Shown piece after piece: positions 58,582 to 64,000 of a DNA stretch of 64,000 nt. The translations under genes and the position numbers were made by a program. Under the pieces are notes generated by a model. That model did no database searches and was not told where the DNA came from. It saw only the letters and a program-made list of their open reading frames with translations. Location: assembly GCF_056712565.1 (NCBI RefSeq), contig NZ_CM160072.1, one strand, 5' to 3'. The stretch's first letter is position 1. Each line of letters starts with the position of its first letter.

Positions 58582-59868
58582 ATGTCCGAAGATATCTTTG
58601 ACGCCATCATCGTCGGTGCAGGGCTTGCCGGTTCGGTTGCCGCACTGGTGCTCGCCCGCGAAGGTGCGCAAGTGTTAGTTATCGAGCGAGGCAATTCCGC
58701 AGGTGCCAAGAACGTCACCGGCGGGCGTCTCTATGCCCACAGTCTGGAACACATTATTCCTGGTTTCGCAGACTCCGCCCCCGTAGAACGCCTGATCACC
58801 CATGAAAAACTTGCGTTTATGACGGAAAAGTCAGCGATGACTATGGACTACTGCAATGGCGACGAAACCTCGCCATCCCAGCGTTCTTACTCCGTTTTAC
58901 GCAGTAAATTTGATGCCTGGCTGATGGAGCAGGCCGAAGAAGCGGGCGCGCAGTTAATTACCGGGATCCGCGTCGATAACCTCGTACAGCGCGATGGCAA
59001 AGTCGTCGGTGTAGAAGCCGATGGCGATGTGATTGAAGCGAAAACGGTGATCCTTGCTGATGGGGTGAATTCCATCCTTGCCGAAAAGCTGGGGATGGCA
59101 AAACGCGTTAAACCGACGGATGTGGCGGTTGGCGTGAAGGAACTGATCGAGTTACCGAAGTCGGTTATTGAAGACCGTTTTCAGTTGCAGGGTAATCAGG
59201 GCGCGGCTTGCCTGTTTGTGGGATCACCCACCGATGGCCTGATGGGCGGTGGCTTCCTTTATACCAATGAAAATACCCTGTCGCTGGGGCTGGTTTGTGG
59301 TTTGCATCATCTGCATGACGCAAAAAAATCGGTGCCGCAAATGCTGGAAGATTTCAAACAACATCCGGCCGTTGCACCGCTGATCGCGGGCGGCAAGCTG
59401 GTGGAATATTCCGCTCACGTAGTGCCGGAAGCGGGCATCAACATGCTGCCGGAGCTGGTCGGTGACGGCGTATTGATTGCTGGTGATGCCGCCGGAATGT
59501 GTATGAACCTCGGTTTTACCATTCGCGGTATGGATCTGGCGATTGCCGCCGGGGAAGCAGCAGCAAAAACTGTGCTTTCAGCGATGAAAAGCGACGATTT
59601 CAGTAAGCAAAAACTCGCGGAATATCGTCAGCATCTTGAGAGTGGCCCGCTGCGCGATATGCGCATGTACCAGAAACTACCGGCGTTTCTTGATAACCCA
59701 CGCATGTTTAGCGGCTACCCGGAACTGGCGGTGGGCGTGGCGCGTGACCTGTTCACCATTGACGGCAGTGCGCCGGAACTGATGCGCAAGAAAATCCTCC
59801 GCCACGGCAAGAAAGTGGGCTTCATCAATCTGATCAAGGATGGCATGAAAGGAGTGACCGTTTTATGA
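58582..59868 (+). CDS. fixC: ETF-quinone oxidoreductase-like flavoprotein FixC
   Basis: 428-aa ORF with FAD-binding GxGxxG (IVGAGLAGSVAA). Confidence 0.95.
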   Translation: MSEDIFDAIIVGAGLAGSVAALVLAREGAQVLVIERGNSAGAKNVTGGRLYAHSLEHIIPGFADSAPVERLITHEKLAFMTEKSAMTMDYCNGDETSPSQRSYSVLRSKFDAWLMEQAEEAGAQLITGIRVDNLVQRDGKVVGVEADGDVIEAKTVILADGVNSILAEKLGMAKRVKPTDVAVGVKELIELPKSVIEDRFQLQGNQGAACLFVGSPTDGLMGGGFLYTNENTLSLGLVCGLHHLHDAKKSVPQMLEDFKQHPAVAPLIAGGKLVEYSAHVVPEAGINMLPELVGDGVLIAGDAAGMCMNLGFTIRGMDLAIAAGEAAAKTVLSAMKSDDFSKQKLAEYRQHLESGPLRDMRMYQKLPAFLDNPRMFSGYPELAVGVARDLFTIDGSAPELMRKKILRHGKKVGFINLIKDGMKGVTVL

Positions 59869-60152
59869 CTTCTCCCGTCAATGTGGACGTCAAACTGGGC
59901 GTCAATAAATTCAATGTCGATGAAGAGCATCCGCACATTGTTGTGAAGGCCGATGCAGATAAACAGGCCCTGGAGCTGCTGGTGAAAGCGTGCCCCGCAG
60001 GTCTGTACAAGAAGCAGGATGACGGCAGTGTGCGCTTCGATTACGCCGGATGTCTGGAGTGCGGCACCTGTCGCATTCTGGGGCTGGGGTCGGCGCTGGA
60101 ACAGTGGGAATACCCGCGCGGCACCTTTGGTGTGGAGTTCCGTTACGGCTGA
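59865..60152 (+). CDS. fixX: Ferredoxin-like protein FixX
   Basis: 95-aa ORF overlapping the fixC stop, with cysteines (CPAGLY...CLECGTC) typical of ferredoxin-like FixX. Confidence 0.92.
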   Translation: MTSPVNVDVKLGVNKFNVDEEHPHIVVKADADKQALELLVKACPAGLYKKQDDGSVRFDYAGCLECGTCRILGLGSALEQWEYPRGTFGVEFRYG

Positions 60153-60210
60153 TGTTGGTTTGATACGTAATGCCGTACTGACTCTCATTGCAAAAAAACA
60201 GGAATAACCC

Positions 60211-61542
60211 ATGCAACCGTCCAGAAACTTTGATGATCTTAAATTCTCCTCTATTCACCGCCGCATTTTGCTGTGGGGAAGCGGTGGTCCGTTTCTGGAT
60301 GGTTATGTACTGGTAATGATTGGCGTGGCGCTGGAGCAACTGACTCCGGCGCTGAAACTGGACGCTGACTGGATTGGCTTGCTGGGCGCGGGAACGCTCG
60401 CCGGGCTGTTCGTTGGCACATCGCTGTTTGGCTATATCTCCGATAAAGTCGGACGGCGCAAAATGTTCCTCATTGATATCATCGCCATCGGCGTGATATC
60501 GGTGGCGACGATGTTTGTCTCATCCCCCGTCGAACTGTTGGTGATGCGGGTACTTATCGGCATTGTTATCGGTGCGGATTATCCCATCGCCACCTCAATG
60601 ATCACCGAGTTCTCCAGTACCCGTCAGCGGGCGTTTTCCATCAGCTTTATCGCCGCGATGTGGTATGTCGGCGCGACCTGCGCCGATTTGGTCGGCTATT
60701 GGCTTTATGATGTGGAAGGCGGCTGGCGCTGGATGCTGGGTAGCGCAGCGATTCCCTGTTTATTGATTTTGATTGGTCGATTCGAACTGCCTGAATCTCC
60801 CCGCTGGTTGTTACGCAAAGGGCGAGTAAAAGAGTGCGAAGAGATGATGATAAAACTGTTTGGCGAACCGGTGGCTTTCGAGGAAGAGCAGCCGCAGCAA
60901 ACCCGTTTTCGCGATCTGTTTAATCGCCGCCATTTTCCTTTTGTTCTGTTTGTTGCCGCCATCTGGACCTGCCAGGTGATCCCAATGTTCGCCATTTACA
61001 CCTTTGGCCCGCAAATCGTTGGTTTGTTAGGATTGGGGGTTGGCAAAAACGCGGCGCTGGGGAACGTGGTGATTAGTCTGTTCTTTATGCTCGGCTGTAT
61101 TCCGCCGATGCTGTGGCTAAACACTGCCGGACGGCGTCCATTGTTGATTGGCAGCTTTGCCATGATGACGCTGGCGCTGGCGGTTTTGGGGCTGATCCCG
61201 GATATGGGGATCTGGCTGGTAGTGATGGCCTTTGCGGTGTATGCCTTTTTCTCTGGCGGGCCGGGTAATTTGCAGTGGCTCTATCCTAATGAACTCTTCC
61301 CGACGGATATCCGCGCCTCTGCCGTGGGCGTGATTATGTCCTTAAGCCGTATTGGCACTATTGTATCGACCTGGGCACTGCCGATCTTTATCAATAATTA
61401 CGGTATCAGTAACACGATGCTAATGGGGGCGGGTATCTCGCTATTTGGCTTGTTGATTTCCGTAGCGTTTGCCCCGGAGACTCGAGGGATGTCACTGGCG
61501 CAGACCAGCAATATGACGATCCGCGGGCAGAGAATGGGGTAA
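60211..61542 (+). CDS. yaaU: MFS-superfamily transporter YaaU
   Basis: 443-aa 12-TM ORF MQPSRNFDDLKFSSIHRRILLWGSGGPFLDGY... Confidence 0.9.
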   Translation: MQPSRNFDDLKFSSIHRRILLWGSGGPFLDGYVLVMIGVALEQLTPALKLDADWIGLLGAGTLAGLFVGTSLFGYISDKVGRRKMFLIDIIAIGVISVATMFVSSPVELLVMRVLIGIVIGADYPIATSMITEFSSTRQRAFSISFIAAMWYVGATCADLVGYWLYDVEGGWRWMLGSAAIPCLLILIGRFELPESPRWLLRKGRVKECEEMMIKLFGEPVAFEEEQPQQTRFRDLFNRRHFPFVLFVAAIWTCQVIPMFAIYTFGPQIVGLLGLGVGKNAALGNVVISLFFMLGCIPPMLWLNTAGRRPLLIGSFAMMTLALAVLGLIPDMGIWLVVMAFAVYAFFSGGPGNLQWLYPNELFPTDIRASAVGVIMSLSRIGTIVSTWALPIFINNYGISNTMLMGAGISLFGLLISVAFAPETRGMSLAQTSNMTIRGQRMG

Positions 61543-61649
61543 TTTGTTCAGATTTCTCTCTTTTCTGAATCAATATTATTGACTATAAGCTGCGTGAATA
61601 TATGACTACACTTTGTGGGAAAACAAAGGCGTAATCACGCGGGCTACCT

Positions 61650-62180
61650 ATGATTCTTATAATTTATGCGCATCCGTATCCGCATTATTCCCATGCGAAT
61701 AAACGGATGCTTGAACAGGCAAGGACGCTGGAAGGCGTCGAAATTCGCTCTCTTTATCAACTCTATCCTGACTTCAATATCGACATTGCCGCCGAACAGG
61801 AGGCGCTGTCTCGTGCCGATCTGATCGTCTGGCAGCACCCAATGCAGTGGTACAGCATTCCACCGCTTCTTAAACTTTGGATCGATAAAGTTTTCTCGCA
61901 CGGCTGGGCTTACGGTCACGGCGGCACGGCGCTGCACGGCAAACATTTGCTGTGGGCGGTGACGACCGGCGGTGGGGAAAGCCATTTTGAGATTGGTGCG
62001 CATCCGGGCTTTGATGTGCTGTCGCAGCCGCTACAGGCGACGGCAATCTACTGCGGGCTGAACTGGCTGCCACCGTTTGCCATGCACTGCACCTTTATTT
62101 GTGACGACGAAACCCTCGAAGGGCAGGCGCGGCACTATAAGCAACGTCTGCTGGAATGGCAGGAGGCACATCATGGATAG
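61650..62180 (+). CDS. kefF: KefC ancillary protein KefF (flavodoxin-like quinone oxidoreductase)
   Basis: 176-aa [30 protein letters not shown]... Confidence 0.95.
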   Translation: MILIIYAHPYPHYSHANKRMLEQARTLEGVEIRSLYQLYPDFNIDIAAEQEALSRADLIVWQHPMQWYSIPPLLKLWIDKVFSHGWAYGHGGTALHGKHLLWAVTTGGGESHFEIGAHPGFDVLSQPLQATAIYCGLNWLPPFAMHCTFICDDETLEGQARHYKQRLLEWQEAHHG

Positions 62181-64000
62181 CCATACGCTTATTCAGGCGC
62201 TGATTTATCTCGGTTCGGCGGCGCTGATTGTACCCATTGCGGTACGCCTCGGTCTGGGATCGGTACTTGGCTATCTGATCGCCGGCTGCATCATTGGCCC
62301 GTGGGGGCTGCGACTGGTGACCGATGCCGAATCTATTCTGCACTTTGCAGAGATTGGCGTGGTGCTGATGCTGTTTATTATCGGCCTCGAACTCGATCCA
62401 CAAAGGCTGTGGAAGCTGCGTGCGGCAGTGTTCGGCGGTGGCGCATTGCAGATGGTGATTTGCGGCGGCCTGCTGGGGCTGTTTTGTATGTTACTTGGGC
62501 TGCGCTGGCAGGTCGCAGAATTGATCGGCATGACGCTGGCGCTCTCATCAACGGCGATTGCCATGCAGGCGATGAATGAACGCAATCTGATGGTGACGCA
62601 AATGGGCCGCAGTGCCTTTGCGGTGCTGCTGTTCCAGGATATCGCGGCGATCCCACTGGTGGCGATGATCCCGCTACTGGCAGCGAGCAGTGCTTCGACG
62701 ACGATGGGCGCATTTGTTCTCTCGGCGTTAAAAGTGGCGGGCGCGCTGGCGCTGGTGGTATTGCTGGGGCGCTATGTCACGCGTCCGGCACTGCGTTTTG
62801 TTGCCCGCTCTGGCTTGCGGGAAGTGTTTAGTGCCGTGGCGTTATTCCTCGTGTTTGGCTTTGGTTTGCTGCTGGAAGAGGTCGGCTTGTCGATGGCGAT
62901 GGGCGCGTTTCTGGCGGGCGTACTGCTGGCAAGCTCGGAATACCGTCATGCGCTGGAAAGCGATATCGAACCATTTAAAGGTTTGCTGCTGGGGCTGTTT
63001 TTCATCGGCGTTGGCATGTCGATAGACTTTGGCACGCTGATTGAAAACCCATTGCGCATTGTCATTTTGCTGCTCGGTTTCCTCATCATCAAAATCGCCA
63101 TGCTGTGGCTGATTGCCCGACCGTTGCAGGTGCCAAATAAACAGCGTCGCTGGTTTGCGGTGCTGTTAGGACAGGGCAGTGAGTTTGCCTTTGTAGTATT
63201 TGGTGCGGCGCAGATGGCGAATGTGCTGGAGCCAGAGTGGGCGAAATCGCTGACTCTGGCGGTGGCACTGTCGATGGCGGCAACGCCGATTCTGCTGGTA
63301 ATCCTCAATCGCCTTGAGCAATCTTCTACTGAAGAGGCGCGTGAAGCCGATGAGATCGACGAAGAACAGCCGCGGGTAATCATTGCCGGATTCGGTCGTT
63401 TTGGGCAGATAACCGGACGTTTACTGCTCTCCAGCGGGGTGAAAATGGTGGTGCTCGATCACGACCCGGACCATATCGAAACGCTGCGTAAATTCGGTAT
63501 GAAAGTGTTTTATGGCGATGCCACGCGGATGGATTTACTGGAATCTGCCGGAGCGGCGAAAGCGGAAGTGCTGATTAACGCCATCGACGATCCGCAAACC
63601 AACCTGCAACTGACGGAGATGGTGAAAGAACATTTCCCACATTTGCAGATTATTGCCCGCGCCCGCGATGTCGACCACTACATTCGTTTGCGTCAGGCAG
63701 GCGTTGAAAAGCCGGAGCGTGAAACCTTCGAAGGTGCGCTGAAAACCGGGCGTCTGGCACTGGAAAGTTTAGGTCTGGGGCCGTATGAAGCGCGAGAACG
63801 CGCCGATGTGTTCCGCCGCTTTAATATTCAGATGGTGGAAGAGATGGCAATGGTTGAGAACGACACCAAAGCCCGTGCGGCGGTCTATAAACGCACCAGC
63901 GCGATGTTAAGTGAGATCATTACCGAAGACCGTGAACATCTGTCATTAATTCAACGACATGGCTGGCAGGGAACCGAAGAAGGGAAACATACTGGCAATA
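62173..64000 (+). CDS. kefC: Glutathione-regulated K+/H+ antiporter KefC, N-terminal ~609 codons; continues beyond the window end
   Basis: ATG at 62173 overlapping the kefF stop; translation [30 protein letters not shown]... stays open to position 64000. Absent from the ORF track because no stop is reached. Confidence 0.93.
   Translation, partial: MDSHTLIQALIYLGSAALIVPIAVRLGLGSVLGYLIAGCIIGPWGLRLVTDAESILHFAEIGVVLMLFIIGLELDPQRLWKLRAAVFGGGALQMVICGGLLGLFCMLLGLRWQVAELIGMTLALSSTAIAMQAMNERNLMVTQMGRSAFAVLLFQDIAAIPLVAMIPLLAASSASTTMGAFVLSALKVAGALALVVLLGRYVTRPALRFVARSGLREVFSAVALFLVFGFGLLLEEVGLSMAMGAFLAGVLLASSEYRHALESDIEPFKGLLLGLFFIGVGMSIDFGTLIENPLRIVILLLGFLIIKIAMLWLIARPLQVPNKQRRWFAVLLGQGSEFAFVVFGAAQMANVLEPEWAKSLTLAVALSMAATPILLVILNRLEQSSTEEAREADEIDEEQPRVIIAGFGRFGQITGRLLLSSGVKMVVLDHDPDHIETLRKFGMKVFYGDATRMDLLESAGAAKAEVLINAIDDPQTNLQLTEMVKEHFPHLQIIARARDVDHYIRLRQAGVEKPERETFEGALKTGRLALESLGLGPYEARERADVFRRFNIQMVEEMAMVENDTKARAAVYKRTSAMLSEIITEDREHLSLIQRHGWQGTEEGKHTGN

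Overview
This window reads as an Escherichia coli-type chromosome segment spanning the conventional origin of numbering. Gene order is ettA(partial)-slt-trpR-yjjX-gpmB-rob-creABCD-arcA-yjjY-lasT-thrLABC-yaaX-yaaA-yaaJ-talB-mog-satP-yaaW-yaaI-dnaKJ-hokC/mokC-[island]-nhaAR-rpsT-yaaY-ribF-ileS-lspA-fkpB-ispH-rihC-[DUF805 gene]-dapB-carAB-[IS200]-caiF-caiTABCDE/fixABCX-yaaU-kefF-kefC(partial). Calls rest on reading the supplied ORF translations and the DNA against protein sequences and motifs recalled from memory; no database search was run. Gene starts were trimmed from the ORF track where a known N-terminus or a better start codon was visible. Most of the window is ordinary core genome. Five places differ from the K-12 reference layout as I remember it: (1) a ~4 kb AT-rich island between hokC and nhaA carrying a Tsx-like porin, a Ser-type sulfatase and a protein with two InsA-like zinc ribbons; (2) an IS200-type element between carB and caiF; (3) a small DUF805 membrane-protein gene between rihC and dapB; (4) an intact hokC/mokC locus with no IS186, and no IS1 between nhaR and rpsT; (5) an extra REP cluster between mog and satP. 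The island is the best candidate for an uncharacterised system. No rRNA, tRNA or CRISPR array was found. All K-12 comparisons are from recalled coordinates and need confirming by alignment.
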